64,000 bases of DNA from assembly GCA_963816145.1 (NCBI GenBank), contig CAWFJP010000004.1, forward strand, positions 480,001 through 544,000, in the 5' to 3' direction. The position numbers and the translations under genes were made by a program. Under the pieces are notes generated by a model, which did no database searches, was not told the DNA's origin, and saw only the letters and a list, made by a program, of their open reading frames with translations. The DNA is from an uncultured delta proteobacterium. Lineage in GTDB: Bacteria > Desulfobacterota > Binatia > UBA9968. Below, one piece after another: positions 9,904 through 20,967 of this stretch (position 1 is the stretch's first letter; each line of letters starts with the position of its first letter).

Positions 9904-11397
9904 TCACAATCCCGTCGTGCTCGCCGGTGGCCGGCGGTGGTGCGTCGCTTGTTCGTAGGCGTAGGCGTACTTGATCAGGTTGCCGTCGTCGTAGGGGCGG
10001 CCGATGAAGCAGAGCCCCGCCGGCAAATTGTCCCGCGTGAAGCCCGCCGGTACCGTGATCGTCGGCACATAAACCAAAAAAGTATTCAGATGCGGCGCGC
10101 CTTTCTGATCTGTGAACGGCGGTGCGATGCCGTCTTTGATCAAGGTCGGTTGATGCTCGACGGACTTGTAGACTATAGCGTCAAGTCTATAGTCGGCCAT
10201 GACTTTCAAGAAGTTGGTCGTAAGCTCGTCCTGGGCGCGCAGACTCTCGTAGTGTTTGGTTGCGTCGGGATTGCGCTTGAAGCGTTCCTGCGAACGTTTG
10301 ACGACTTTGGGGAAGTCCGGGTGCTGGGTCGCTTCCTGCGGCGTTTTGAACGGTGAGTTGGCGCTGCGGCTATAATAGTTTTTAAACGATTCTGCGGTTT
10401 CGCCGGGAGCGCCGGAGCGTTTGGCGAGTAATTCTTTGATCTTTGGAATTACGATCGGGTCGATAACCTCAGCGCCAGCCGCCTTCAGTTCGCTCAGCGC
10501 TTTGTCGAACACTTCTTGAATTTTTTTGAAATCTTCCGACTCCGGTTCGGAATTCAAACCGATGGACTCGCGCAATACCCCCAAACGCGCGCCTTTGAGA
10601 CCATCCTTATTCAAAAACTTGGTGAAGGTGTCGGGGGTATTGCCGACGCCGCGGGCGGTAATCGGATCTTCGGGATCGTAGCCGGCCATGCTGTCCAGCA
10701 GGATCGCCAAGTCCTTTACCGTGCGCGCCATCGGGCCCAAAGAGCCGAACACTTCCGGCCAGCAACCGTAGACGCCGCCGCGGCTGACGATACCCGCGGA
10801 CGGGCGCATGCCGGTGATGCAGTTCCAAGTTGATGGTCGGCGGATCGACGCTAAGCCTTCCTGGCCGACTGCGACCGTCGAGTAGTTCGCCGCTACCGCC
10901 GCTGCCGAGCCGCCGGAGGAGCCGCCGACGGTCCGTTCGGTGTCATAGGGGTTGCGCGTCGAGCCGAACAGCGAGCCGTGGGTGTCGCCGCCGCCGAGCT
11001 CGCCCAAGGTCGCTTTGCCGAGAATCACCGCGCCGGCATTTTTCAATTTTTCGGCAACGAACGAATCGCGATCGGGATAGTAGTCCTTGAATAACAGCGA
11101 CCCCAATGTTGTCGGCATACCTTTGACATCGGCCTGATCTTTGACGATCACAGGAATGCCGTGCAGCGGTCCGACCGGGCCGGAGGATTTGTACGCTCCG
11201 TCAAGTTTGTCGGCATCTTTCAAGGCATCGACGTTGACCGTGATCATCGCGTTGATGTTCGGCCCTTTTTTGTCGAAGGCTTCGATACGATCCAAATAAG
11301 CTTGCACCACTTGGCGGCAGGTGAGTTGGCCGGCTTTGTAACCGGCGTGAATGTCGTCGATGGTCGCTTCGACGGGATTGAAATTGATTCGAGCCAT
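9904..11397 (-). CDS. Amidase-signature family protein
   Basis: GPLHGIPVIVKD, GGSSGGSAAAVAA, ASIRRPS; AGGAG RBS before ATG 11397. Confidence 0.92.
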   Translation of the reverse strand: MARINFNPVEATIDDIHAGYKAGQLTCRQVVQAYLDRIEAFDKKGPNINAMITVNVDALKDADKLDGAYKSSGPVGPLHGIPVIVKDQADVKGMPTTLGSLLFKDYYPDRDSFVAEKLKNAGAVILGKATLGELGGGDTHGSLFGSTRNPYDTERTVGGSSGGSAAAVAANYSTVAVGQEGLASIRRPSTWNCITGMRPSAGIVSRGGVYGCWPEVFGSLGPMARTVKDLAILLDSMAGYDPEDPITARGVGNTPDTFTKFLNKDGLKGARLGVLRESIGLNSEPESEDFKKIQEVFDKALSELKAAGAEVIDPIVIPKIKELLAKRSGAPGETAESFKNYYSRSANSPFKTPQEATQHPDFPKVVKRSQERFKRNPDATKHYESLRAQDELTTNFLKVMADYRLDAIVYKSVEHQPTLIKDGIAPPFTDQKGAPHLNTFLVYVPTITVPAGFTRDNLPAGLCFIGRPYDDGNLIKYAYAYEQATHHRRPPASTTGL

Positions 11398-11577
11398 GTT
11401 TTGTCTCCTTGTGATAGATCTAAATATTGAACTGGGACGGCAATGTCCAGGGCCAATAGGCGGAAGGCTCGAGGCGCGAGTCCGGAGAGGGGCGCATAAT
11501 GCCGCGCGCCCGATGGTTGAAAGATATTGTCGGTCGTGATTATTCGAATAGGATAATTTTGTGGCGCAACGACGAAT

Positions 11578-12753
11578 ATGGCTGTGATGTCTCGACGGGT
11601 TGCCGGATTCGGCACGACGATATTCGCTGATGTCAACGCTCTGGCGGCGAAGCATGGCGCGGTGAATCTCGGCCAGGGGGCGCCGGATTTCGACGGACCG
11701 CCGGAAGTGTTGGCGGCGGCGGTCAAAGCTGTCAATAGCGCGCTCAATCAATACGCGCCGGGCATCGGGATGGCGCCGGTGCGCCTGGCGATCGCCCAGC
11801 ATGCCCAGCGCTTCTACAACCAGCAGTTGAACCCTGACACCGAAGTGCTGGTGACCTCTGGCGCCACCGAAGCGATGTTTGCGGCGATTTTCGGATTGAC
11901 CGATCCCGGCGACGAGGTGATCGTTTTCGAGCCGGTGTACGATACCTATGTGCCGAACCTGGTCATGGCCGGCGTGTCGCCGCGCTATGTGCCGCTACGC
12001 GGCGATAGCTGGTGCTTCGATGCCGACGAACTGGCCAAGGCGTTCAATGCGCGGACCAAGGCGATCGTCATCAACACGCCGCATAATCCCACCGGCAAAG
12101 TCTTTTCGCACGACGAATTGCGGACCATCGCCGAATTGTGCCTGAAGCATAACGTCGTCGCTATCACCGATGAAGTGTATGAGCATATTCTTTACGACGA
12201 CGCGAGTCATGTGCGCCTGGCGACGCTTCCCGGCATGGCAGAACGCACCTTGACCATCAGCAGCCTGGGCAAGACTTTTAGCGTCACCGGTTGGAAGATC
12301 GGCTGGGCCATGGGGCCGGCGGCATTGGTGCACGCGGTCAACCAGGCGCACCAGTTCATCACTTATGCGGTGGCGTCGCCGCTGCAGGCCGCGGCGGCGA
12401 CGGCGCTCAATATGCCGTTGGCCTTTTTCGAAGATTTGCAGGCTAGCTATCAATCGCGGCGCGATCGCCTGCTCGAAGTCCTGCGCCGCGCCGGCTTCAA
12501 GGTTTTCAAACCGCAAGGCAGCTACTTCATCATGATCGATTGGCGCGGCGTGGCGCCGCGTCAAGTCCAAGACGACATGCAGTTCACCCGCTGGCTGATT
12601 CAGGAGATCGGCGTCGCTTGCATTCCGGCAAGCCCGTTTTACCAGGAATCAGATAAACACTTGGGCAAATACTTTGCCAGGTTTGCCGTTTGCAAGAAGG
12701 ATGAAACCCTGGACGCTGCCGCGGAGCGATTTGCCAAGCTTGGGGAAATATGA
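11578..12753 (+). CDS. PLP-dependent aminotransferase class I (YbdL/kynurenine aminotransferase-like)
   Basis: NLGQGAPD, NTPHNPTGKV, DEVYEH, SLGKTFSVTGWKIGW. Confidence 0.92.
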   Translation: MAVMSRRVAGFGTTIFADVNALAAKHGAVNLGQGAPDFDGPPEVLAAAVKAVNSALNQYAPGIGMAPVRLAIAQHAQRFYNQQLNPDTEVLVTSGATEAMFAAIFGLTDPGDEVIVFEPVYDTYVPNLVMAGVSPRYVPLRGDSWCFDADELAKAFNARTKAIVINTPHNPTGKVFSHDELRTIAELCLKHNVVAITDEVYEHILYDDASHVRLATLPGMAERTLTISSLGKTFSVTGWKIGWAMGPAALVHAVNQAHQFITYAVASPLQAAAATALNMPLAFFEDLQASYQSRRDRLLEVLRRAGFKVFKPQGSYFIMIDWRGVAPRQVQDDMQFTRWLIQEIGVACIPASPFYQESDKHLGKYFARFAVCKKDETLDAAAERFAKLGEI

Positions 12754-12786
12754 GATTGCACATGAACAATACAGCGAGGTGACGAG

Positions 12787-13353
12787 ATGAAATTAATTCG
12801 CGTGGCGATTTTGCCGATTCTGATTATCGCGGTGATCCAAACTCCTGTTCAATCTCAGGAATCGATTCCCTATGTGCCCACCACCATGCCGGTGGTGGGG
12901 AAGATGCTGGAGCTGGCGTCGGTTTCCAAGGACGATCTGGTTTACGACATGGGGTGCGGCGATGGGCGGATCTTGATCATGGCGGCGAAAAAATACGGCG
13001 CGCGCGGCGTCGGCATCGACCTCGACCCGGTGCGCATCGCCGAAGCCAAGAAAATTGCCGAAGAGGAAGGCGTCAGCCATCTGGTCGAATTCCGCGCCGA
13101 GGACGGCACCAAGACCGATATCTCCAAGGCGACGGTGGTGACGCTCTACATGTTCAAATGGTTCAACAACGCGATCCGACCCAAATTGCAAAAGCTCCCG
13201 CCGGGCTCGCGCGTGGTCGCCCATGATTTCGATATCGACGACTGGAAGCCGACGGATATAGTTTATTTGGATTCCGAGAAAAACGGCCACGAAGGCATCG
13301 AGCGGCCGCACACGCTTTATTTGTGGCTCGTCGGCGCCGAGCAGAAGCCGTAA
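12787..13353 (+). CDS. Class I SAM-dependent methyltransferase with signal-like N-terminus
   Basis: PYVPT, VYDMGCGDGR, GVGIDLD, GSRVVAHDF. Confidence 0.85.
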   Translation: MKLIRVAILPILIIAVIQTPVQSQESIPYVPTTMPVVGKMLELASVSKDDLVYDMGCGDGRILIMAAKKYGARGVGIDLDPVRIAEAKKIAEEEGVSHLVEFRAEDGTKTDISKATVVTLYMFKWFNNAIRPKLQKLPPGSRVVAHDFDIDDWKPTDIVYLDSEKNGHEGIERPHTLYLWLVGAEQKP

Positions 13354-13446
13354 CCACGCGCAAAAGACAGCCTTGATCGCTTGCAACATTTCAAGCTATG
13401 CCGGTCGGTTCGGCGCAGCCAGCAACCTAACTCTTCCTCGCGGCGG

Positions 13447-14472
13447 TCAATTCTTCCAGAAGATCTCCATATATTGTTTATTGATCTCGTCGAAGCGCGC
13501 CATCATCTTCGGGTTAACCGGATGGAGGCGATAGCCGGCGGTTTTTTTGCGCAGCTCCGATTCGACGCTGGGATTGGCGGGGTAGCTGCCGATAACATTG
13601 GCGGCGAGACTCTGGCCCTCCTGCGACAGCAAGAAATCGACGAACAGCTTGGCGGCGTTGGGATGGCGGGCGTGGGCGTAGACGCCGAGCAGGTGGGTCG
13701 ATGCCGGAATCGGATTTCTGCCTGGCACCCATTCGATGGGCGCGCCGGCTTTTTGGATTTTCACAAAAGTCTCTAGATAAGTGTTGGCCAACACCGGGAA
13801 CTCGCCGGCCGCAAGCAGTTGGGTCAGGAGATTTTTGTTCTCGCGCATGTAGAGGTCTTTGGCGGCGAGTTTTTTCATGAAAGCGAGCCCTTCGGTGTCG
13901 CCCATGATCTCCAACATCACCGCCATCCAGGAGCTGTCGCGGTAGTCCATGGCGATCTGCTTGGGGCGCCAGCGCGGCTGCAGCAAATCTTCGTATCTTT
14001 TCGGCGCAATATCCGGCGCAACCAGCTTGGTGTTGTAGGCCATGCCTTGAACGCCCAAGTGGAGAATATTCCAGTAGCCGTCGGCATCTTTGAGCGTGTC
14101 GGGATATTTGGCGCGCTCCGGCGAGTCGTATTTCATGATGAGTTTGGCGCGGGTGAGCTCGTTCCAGATGGTAAACGTCGCGCTGATCACGTCGGCTTCA
14201 TGTTGCTGGGTGCGCGCTTCCAGTTGAATTTTCGGCAGAAGCTTCTGTGTGTTAGCGCGGTAAAGCGAGGTGTCGATGAACGGATACTTTTTCTTGAACT
14301 CGGCAAGCAGAGCGGTGGCGTTTTCCGTCAGCATGCTGACATAGGCGACCAGCTTGCCTTCCTTCTTCGCCGCGTCGACGATCTTGGGGTCGGCGGCTGC
14401 GACCACACCGACGCACACCAGGGGCAACGCCAAAAAAGCAAAAACCAATAGTTGGCGCAGCAATGGGCTCAT
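13447..14472 (-). CDS. Extracellular solute-binding protein (AfuA-like)
   Basis: Signal peptide after GAGGGAG RBS; AAKKEG, DLLQPRW, HPNAAKLFVDFLLSQEGQ. Confidence 0.88.
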   Translation of the reverse strand: MSPLLRQLLVFAFLALPLVCVGVVAAADPKIVDAAKKEGKLVAYVSMLTENATALLAEFKKKYPFIDTSLYRANTQKLLPKIQLEARTQQHEADVISATFTIWNELTRAKLIMKYDSPERAKYPDTLKDADGYWNILHLGVQGMAYNTKLVAPDIAPKRYEDLLQPRWRPKQIAMDYRDSSWMAVMLEIMGDTEGLAFMKKLAAKDLYMRENKNLLTQLLAAGEFPVLANTYLETFVKIQKAGAPIEWVPGRNPIPASTHLLGVYAHARHPNAAKLFVDFLLSQEGQSLAANVIGSYPANPSVESELRKKTAGYRLHPVNPKMMARFDEINKQYMEIFWKN

Positions 14473-14646
14473 GAGCGCTCCCTCACAAGAACTATTTTTT
14501 CGCACGTAACTTCTACAGCAAAGAACGATCGGCCATTTGGCTGGCGCTTGGGGGGGGTAACGAACGTCAGCGTTCATGCGGCGATTCTTTAGCCGATGGC
14601 GCGGAACTGTCAAGGCGAAAAATAGCTTTTGGCTGCAACCGCCGCT

Positions 14647-15951
14647 CTAGCGGATCAGGCGGGCGCGTGGCAGGGCCAGATAGATGCCCAGCATGCTGAG
14701 GGCGCCGGCCAGACTGAGCGATGCCGTCGCCCACTGGGCACCGACCCAGGAGGCCAGAGCACCGATCAGGATGCCGCCGGCGAGCAGGATCACATGGGTC
14801 ATGTGATAGAGCGCCATGGTGCGGCCGCGAAACTCCTTGGGCGAGTAAGTTTGGATGACGGTCTGTGCCAGGGCGTGGGAGGTGACATGGACGATGCCGA
14901 CCAAGCCCATGAGCACCACCGATAACTTGAACCAGGGCGAGACCGCGAAGGCGGCGATGATGACGCCATAGATCGTCACACCGATGAGCATGATGTTGAC
15001 CCGCGGCACGCGGTCGCCGAACGATGCGATCAAGACTGAGCTGAACAATGCGCCGATGCCCATGGCGCTCAGCAGCAGTCCTTGCCCGGTGGCGCCGACA
15101 TGAAGCACGTCGCGGGCAAAGACCGGCAACAGGGTCATAAACGGAATGATAAAGATCGACGAGCAGATGACGATTAGCAAGCTGGCGCGCACCGCCTCGT
15201 TGCGCCAGCTGAATTTCCAACCTTCGATGATGCTCCGGCCGAAGGATTCGTCGTGGCCATGTTTGCCGCCGGTGGTCTGCGCCGGGTTCTGGCCGGCGCG
15301 CAACTGCCAGGTCCAAATGGTGGCAAGAAAATAGCAAAGCGCTTGTGCGGTATAGGCACCGCCGGTGCCGACCAACGCGATCAGAAAACCGGCGACCGCC
15401 GGGCCGGCGCTGCGGGCGACGTTGAAGACAATCGAATTTAAGCCGATGGCGTTGGTGATATGGGCCGTCGGCACGGCGTCGCCGACCATGGCGGCGCGCG
15501 CCGGCTGTTGAAACGCCTGGACCACCGACATGCCGAACGCCGTGAGATAAACATGCCAGGGTTCGATACGCCCGGCAAAGATCAATATAGCGACGACGAC
15601 GTAGAGCAGGCCGTCGACAATCTGGGCGACGAGAATTTGATTCTTGCGCGAGTAGCGATCGGCGGCGCTCCCCGCCACGGGTGACAGCAAAAGTATCGGA
15701 ATCGCCTGGACACCGCGTACCAGACCCAACTGCAGTGTCGAGTTGGTCAGCTCGTAGAGCAACCAGCCGCGTGCCACTTGATCCATCCAGGTGGCGAGCG
15801 AAGCGAAGATCTGCCCGAACCAGATCAAACGGTACTCGCGATAATGCAGCGCCTCGAATATGCGCAGTCCGCCGAGTAAGCCAAGCCAGCCGCGTGGCTG
15901 GGCGGCCTCGATCGCGGCCTCTGCCGGCGACGCTGGGGTTTCGTCGCTCAT
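14647..15951 (-). CDS. MFS transporter (DHA3/EntS-like)
   Basis: About 12 TM segments, GSAADRYSRK motif A, EFRGRTMA. Confidence 0.9.
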   Translation of the reverse strand: MSDETPASPAEAAIEAAQPRGWLGLLGGLRIFEALHYREYRLIWFGQIFASLATWMDQVARGWLLYELTNSTLQLGLVRGVQAIPILLLSPVAGSAADRYSRKNQILVAQIVDGLLYVVVAILIFAGRIEPWHVYLTAFGMSVVQAFQQPARAAMVGDAVPTAHITNAIGLNSIVFNVARSAGPAVAGFLIALVGTGGAYTAQALCYFLATIWTWQLRAGQNPAQTTGGKHGHDESFGRSIIEGWKFSWRNEAVRASLLIVICSSIFIIPFMTLLPVFARDVLHVGATGQGLLLSAMGIGALFSSVLIASFGDRVPRVNIMLIGVTIYGVIIAAFAVSPWFKLSVVLMGLVGIVHVTSHALAQTVIQTYSPKEFRGRTMALYHMTHVILLAGGILIGALASWVGAQWATASLSLAGALSMLGIYLALPRARLIR

Positions 15952-16058
15952 ACCAGAAATTCCAATCGGGCGAGGTTACAGCCAAACGGCCGCCTTCCAT
16001 TGATATCGACCTTGCTGGGGTTCATTCGCCGCACTGTCGTTCGCCGATGGTCGCCGAA

Positions 16059-17741
16059 TTACGCCCGCGTCAACTGCCGGTACTTGATGCGGTGCGGCCG
16101 GTCGGCGTCGGCGCCCATACGCGCTTTGCGGTCGGCCTCGTAGTCCGAATAGTTGCCGTCAAACCAAATGATTTTGCTGTCGCCTTCGAAGGCGAGGATG
16201 TGGGTCGCGATGCGGTCGAGAAACCAGCGGTCATGGGAGATCACCACAGCGCAGCCGGCGAAGTTCTCCAGCGCTTCTTCGAGGGCGCGAAGGGTGTTGA
16301 CATCCAAGTCGTTGGTCGGTTCATCGAGCAGGATGACGTTGGCGCCTTCCTTCAACATCTTGGCCAGGTGCACGCGGTTGCGCTCGCCGCCGGACAGACC
16401 GCCGACTTTTTTCTGTTGGTCACTGCCGGAGAAATTGAAGCGCGCCACATAGGCGCGCGAATTGACCTCGCGGTTGCCAATCTTCAGCAAATCGGCGCCG
16501 CCGGAGATTTCCTCCCAGATCGATTTGTCCGGATCGAGGGTGCGGCTTTGATCGACGTACGCCAGCACCACGGTATCACCGATGCGGATCTTGCCGCTGT
16601 CGGGTTTCTCTTGCCCGGTGATCATGCGAAACAGCGTCGTCTTGCCGGCGCCGTTGGGGCCAATGACGCCGACGATGCCACCCGGCGGCAGCTTGAAGGT
16701 CATGCCATCGATCAGCAGGTGATCGCCGTAGGCTTTGCTGACATTTTCCGCTTCGATGACGACATTGCCGAGCCGCGGTCCCGGCGGAATCGGGATTTCT
16801 AAATCTTCGCGCTGCTTCTGCGACTCCTGATCGAGCAGCGCTTCATAGGCGGTGATGCGCGCTTTGCCCTTGGATTGGCGCGCTTTCGGCGACATGCGGA
16901 TCCATTCAAGTTCGCGCTGCAACGTCTTCTGCCGTTCGCTTTCGGACTTTTCCTGTTGCCGCAATCGTTCCTGTTTCTGCTCCAGCCATGACGTGTAGTT
17001 GCCTTTGAACGGGATACCCTGGCCGCGATCGAGCTCGAGAATCCAGCCGGCGACGTTGTCGAGGAAGTATCTGTCATGGGTGACCGCGATGACCGTGCCG
17101 GCATAACTCTGCAAATGATGTTCGAGCCAGGCCACCGACTCAGCGTCGAGATGATTGGTCGGTTCGTCGAGGAGCAAAATATCCGGCTTCTGCAACAGCA
17201 AGCGGCACAAGGCGACGCGGCGGCGTTCGCCGCCGGACAAGATCTTCACCGGCGTGTCCGAAGGCGGACAGCGCAGCGCATCCATCGCCATCTCCAGCCG
17301 CGCGTCGAGGTCCCAGGCATCTAGATGGTCGAGCTTCTCTTGCACCTCGCCCTGCCGTTCGAGCAGTTTGTTCATGTCGTCGTCGGACATTTCCTCGGCG
17401 AACTTGGCGTTGATCTCCTCGAATTCCTTCAACAGATTAACGGTTTCCTGCACCGCTTCCTCGACCACTTCGCGCACGGTGCGCGCATCGTCGACCAACG
17501 GCTCCTGCTGCAGGTAGCCGACGGTATAGCCCGGCGACAGCACGGCTTCGCCGTTAAACTCCTTGTCGACGCCGGCCATGATCTTAAGCAACGACGACTT
17601 GCCCGAGCCGTTCAAACCGATGACACCGATCTTGGCGCCGTAGAAATAGGAGAGATAAATATCTTTCAGCACGGCGCGCTTGTCGTAATTCTTGCCGACG
17701 CCGACCATCGAATAGATAATTTTGTTGGGTTCGGTTGCCAT
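16059..17741 (-). CDS. ettA: Energy-dependent translational throttle protein (ABC-F)
   Basis: Two ABC cassettes; [48 protein letters not shown]-terminal PHRIKYRQL. Confidence 0.95.
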   Translation of the reverse strand: MATEPNKIIYSMVGVGKNYDKRAVLKDIYLSYFYGAKIGVIGLNGSGKSSLLKIMAGVDKEFNGEAVLSPGYTVGYLQQEPLVDDARTVREVVEEAVQETVNLLKEFEEINAKFAEEMSDDDMNKLLERQGEVQEKLDHLDAWDLDARLEMAMDALRCPPSDTPVKILSGGERRRVALCRLLLQKPDILLLDEPTNHLDAESVAWLEHHLQSYAGTVIAVTHDRYFLDNVAGWILELDRGQGIPFKGNYTSWLEQKQERLRQQEKSESERQKTLQRELEWIRMSPKARQSKGKARITAYEALLDQESQKQREDLEIPIPPGPRLGNVVIEAENVSKAYGDHLLIDGMTFKLPPGGIVGVIGPNGAGKTTLFRMITGQEKPDSGKIRIGDTVVLAYVDQSRTLDPDKSIWEEISGGADLLKIGNREVNSRAYVARFNFSGSDQQKKVGGLSGGERNRVHLAKMLKEGANVILLDEPTNDLDVNTLRALEEALENFAGCAVVISHDRWFLDRIATHILAFEGDSKIIWFDGNYSDYEADRKARMGADADRPHRIKYRQLTRA

Positions 17742-17794
17742 GGATTGAAACGATTACCTCGCGTGCGAATTTGTTAAGAATTTGGCTTCAATAC

Positions 17795-17871
17795 TATTCA
17801 CCACGGAGGCGCTTAGGGCGCGGAGTTTCGAAGAACAAACCTCTACGAATTCTCTGTCTCTGCGGTGAATA
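17795..17871. repeat. Intergenic inverted repeat of the 9-bp-periodic family
   Basis: TATTCACCACGGAG ... CTCTGCGGTGAATA. Confidence 0.5.
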
Positions 17872-17983
17872 ATTCTTTAAAAGAAGTAGTTGGACTTCGC
17901 TAAAGCTAACCTGTCGGGTCTCATTCTGCAACAAAGCGGTAAAATCGCGAAATCGTGATTGACCTAATTTCCGGACCAGAGAT

Positions 17984-18784
17984 ATGCTTGCTGCCAGATA
18001 TGCAGAAAGGAGCTTGAGTATGGCGGCAAATCATTCGGTTCACGCGATGATGGTGGGGATGAGCGAGAGCTGGTGGCGTTCGGGAATCATGCCTTGTTTG
18101 CGCAGCGATCTGGATCGCGAGAAACCGGTGGCGTACATATTCTGGCTCATCGAAGGACCGAACGGACCGGTAATCGTCGACACGGGTTACCATCCCGATT
18201 ATGTCGCATCCGAGTGGGCGCAAGGAAAACAGTTCGTCGAGCCGCCGAAACTGCTTTCTGAGGTCGGCATCAAGTCCGACGAGATCAAGACTGTCATCGT
18301 GACGCATTTTCACCAAGATCATTTCACCGGCTTCGACTATTTTCCCAACGCCAAGTTTGTCATCCAGCGCGCCGAGCTGGAGTTCTGGACCGGACCCTAT
18401 ATGCGCCACGACGTGTTGGACAAACAGATACGCCCCAAAGTTCGCCCAGGGTTGGAGCGACTGAAACAAGAAGACCGGATTCAGTTGATCGATGGAGATG
18501 TCGAACTCTACCCTGGGCTAGAGCTGATCAAAGCCGGTGGCCATACTCCTGGCTCACAGATGATCTCACTCCAAACCGCAAGGGGCAAAGCCGTCCTTTG
18601 CGGCGACATCGCCTACACATTCAAAAACATCCGCGATCATCACCCGGTGGGCTGGTACTACGACCTGGGCGACACGGTCGCCGCGCTCGACCGGGCTATT
18701 TCAACCGCAGCGCGACCGGATTTGGCCTTTCCAAATCATGATGCGGAGATCATGCAGGGGAAGCGGGTGGTGCGGGTTATTTGA
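17984..18784 (+). CDS. N-acyl homoserine lactonase-like metallo-beta-lactamase fold protein (start probably 18019)
   Basis: VDTG, THFHQDHFTG, GGHTPGSQ, GD, PNHD. Confidence 0.85.
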   Translation: MLAARYAERSLSMAANHSVHAMMVGMSESWWRSGIMPCLRSDLDREKPVAYIFWLIEGPNGPVIVDTGYHPDYVASEWAQGKQFVEPPKLLSEVGIKSDEIKTVIVTHFHQDHFTGFDYFPNAKFVIQRAELEFWTGPYMRHDVLDKQIRPKVRPGLERLKQEDRIQLIDGDVELYPGLELIKAGGHTPGSQMISLQTARGKAVLCGDIAYTFKNIRDHHPVGWYYDLGDTVAALDRAISTAARPDLAFPNHDAEIMQGKRVVRVI

Positions 18785-18893
18785 ACAGGTTGGAGTTCCG
18801 ACGATTGATCGGATAGTTGGAAGAGGGCGCAAGAAAGTCGAGTTGTCAAAGGGCTTCCCGTGGTTCCTGCCCCGATTTATGGCTGGACCTGTT

Positions 18894-19139
18894 TTAACTT
18901 TGTATGGCGCCGCAATGTTTGCATTCGCGCGCGGCGAGTCTGACTCGTTTGTAGCATTTCGAACAAATTTTGGTCGAAGCAAACCAATAGATCATCGCGC
19001 CAGCAATTATTAACGTGACACCGGGCAACGTTGTCCCGGCACTCGCTCCCAGCACGGAACCGATCACGCAGCCAACGACGGTAATCATCACGCCGAGACA
19101 AAAAATTAGACGACCGAAGAGACTGGCTAGCACATGCAT
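18894..19139 (-). CDS. Small 2-TM protein with C-terminal zinc ribbon
   Basis: Two hydrophobic segments then CSKC-x10-CKHCG. Confidence 0.7.
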   Translation of the reverse strand: MHVLASLFGRLIFCLGVMITVVGCVIGSVLGASAGTTLPGVTLIIAGAMIYWFASTKICSKCYKRVRLAARECKHCGAIQS

Positions 19140-19490
19140 ACTATTAATTTCTCTGTTCTACAGCCGCTTTCGGCCAAGCACCCGCCCACCGATGGTGGTG
19201 GTAAATTTAGGCGCGGTGAACTGCCACGCAGATTAAAGCCCCAGCCAGTGGTTTCAACATGCCCGCTAGAGTCAATACCACACCACATGAACTAAGCCCA
19301 ATCGCGTGCTTTTCGACGTGCGCGGATTGCTGGGTGTAACTCGCTTTAAATCGTTACACATGGCCGACGAAGAGTTCTTCCAATGCTATTGCACCGCCGA
19401 GCATAGCTCTTGTTCAGGGCGGTGGGATCGGATAGAGCGAGAACATGCCGATTGCGGCTAACAGCACCCATGCATTAGGAGGGCTTCATA

Positions 19491-20483
19491 ATGAATCGAC
19501 GAAATCGATGGACCGTCTTCTTCACGCTGTTAATGACATTGACGCCGCGCCTGCCGAATGCTGAAGCAAAAAGCTACATTGCCTATATCTCTGATTCGAC
19601 CAACTCCTCGGTAATTTATTGGATCGCCAAAGAAGCGGGTCTCTTCAAAAAACATGATCTCGATCTCGACACGATTTTCATCAATGGCAGTGTGCGCGGG
19701 ATTCAAAGCCTGATCGCCGGCGATCTCGGCTACAGCGGCGCGGTCGGCACCGCGGTGATCAACGCCAAGCTCGCCGGCGCAGACATCGCAATCATCCAGA
19801 GCCAGATGAATACCTTGCCTTATTTCATTATCGGCAATGCGAGCATCCGTTCACCGGAGATGCTCAAAGGGCGAGCGGCGGCGGTGCATATTCCTGGCAC
19901 TTCCGCAGATTTCGCCATGCGATTGGCACTTACCAAAGCCGGCATCAACTACAAAGACATCAAAGCGATCACGGTCGGCGGCGCGCCCGCCCGGCTCGCC
20001 GCGGTCGCTCAGGGGCAGGCGGATTTTACCGTGGTCACCGACGGGGAACGAATCCAGGGTGAAAAGATGGGCATGAGGGTCATCATCGACATGGCAAAAC
20101 TAAACGTGCCGTTTCAGTTCAACTGCAGCGTCACCACCCGCAAGAAGATCCGCGAAGAGCCGGATGAAGTGCGCCGCCTGGTCTGGACTATGGCGGAATC
20201 GATTCACTTTTTTAAGACCCGCAAAGAAGAATCGATCAGGATCATGGCCAAATACACCCGCGGGCTGCCGCGCGAGGTCTTGGAAGGCGCTCATTCCGCT
20301 AATTCCGAGCTGCTTGTCAATGACACTTATCCGACGGTCGAGGGGCTGAAGCAAACGCTGGAGGTGCAAGCCTTGACCGATCCGCGGGCGGCGAAAGTTA
20401 AAGCGGACGAGATGGTGGAGCTGCGCTTTGTCGACGAATTGAGAAAAAGTGGCTTTATCGACAAGCTCTACGGGCGAAAATAG
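19491..20483 (+). CDS. NMT1/SsuA-type ABC substrate-binding protein
   Basis: Signal peptide, IAKEAGLFKKHDL, C-terminal ELRKSGFIDKLY; AGGAGG RBS. Confidence 0.88.
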   Translation: MNRRNRWTVFFTLLMTLTPRLPNAEAKSYIAYISDSTNSSVIYWIAKEAGLFKKHDLDLDTIFINGSVRGIQSLIAGDLGYSGAVGTAVINAKLAGADIAIIQSQMNTLPYFIIGNASIRSPEMLKGRAAAVHIPGTSADFAMRLALTKAGINYKDIKAITVGGAPARLAAVAQGQADFTVVTDGERIQGEKMGMRVIIDMAKLNVPFQFNCSVTTRKKIREEPDEVRRLVWTMAESIHFFKTRKEESIRIMAKYTRGLPREVLEGAHSANSELLVNDTYPTVEGLKQTLEVQALTDPRAAKVKADEMVELRFVDELRKSGFIDKLYGRK

Positions 20484-20967
20484 TTGCCCCGGACCGGCTC
20501 GAAATCAATGCAACAATTAAGTCAATACGCATGCCTATCCCATCGCTGACCGAGTTTGTTGATTGTCTAGCATGTCGAGGTTTAAAACTTTTAGGCTCAC
20601 TCGTTCAACTAGAAAATAATGTCTTTCAAATCGTCAGCGTCGTGTTGCCCGAGGAATCGTAAGAATCGCACTGGTAATGAATGAACAAAGAAAGTTCTCT
20701 TATATAAGTTGACCTGGTTATCTCTCCAAGAAATGCGGCGCTATCGCTATGTGCTAATTCCGCTGGTAGACCCTGGTTCTCTCTACCCCTCTGAGACCCT
20801 GGCTCTTTGACGGTTCTCGGACTGGCTATACACCGCTCTACTTTATGACTGTTATAGCTGGCCCAGTTTCCCTGATAACATTATGACTTGAAGAGCCGTT
20901 TTGACGTGTGGAAACATTAAGAACGAGGTATGATTCTCAAAAAATTTACGGGCATTAGACGAATTCT

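Noticed and set aside
11398-11802. 135-aa N-terminal extension of the amidase ORF
   Set aside because: Overlaps the divergent aminotransferase; good RBS at 11397
14567-16802. Long overlapping ORFs (14567-16000, 15681-16802; also 39252-40514, 53766-54998)
   Set aside because: Shadow frames of well-supported genes in GC-rich DNA; no motifs
20484-20967. Possible ncRNA or riboswitch upstream of the NRPS-like gene
   Set aside because: AT-rich with only a short imperfect repeat (AGACCCTGGYTCT x2); no recognisable RNA motif. An Rfam search is needed.
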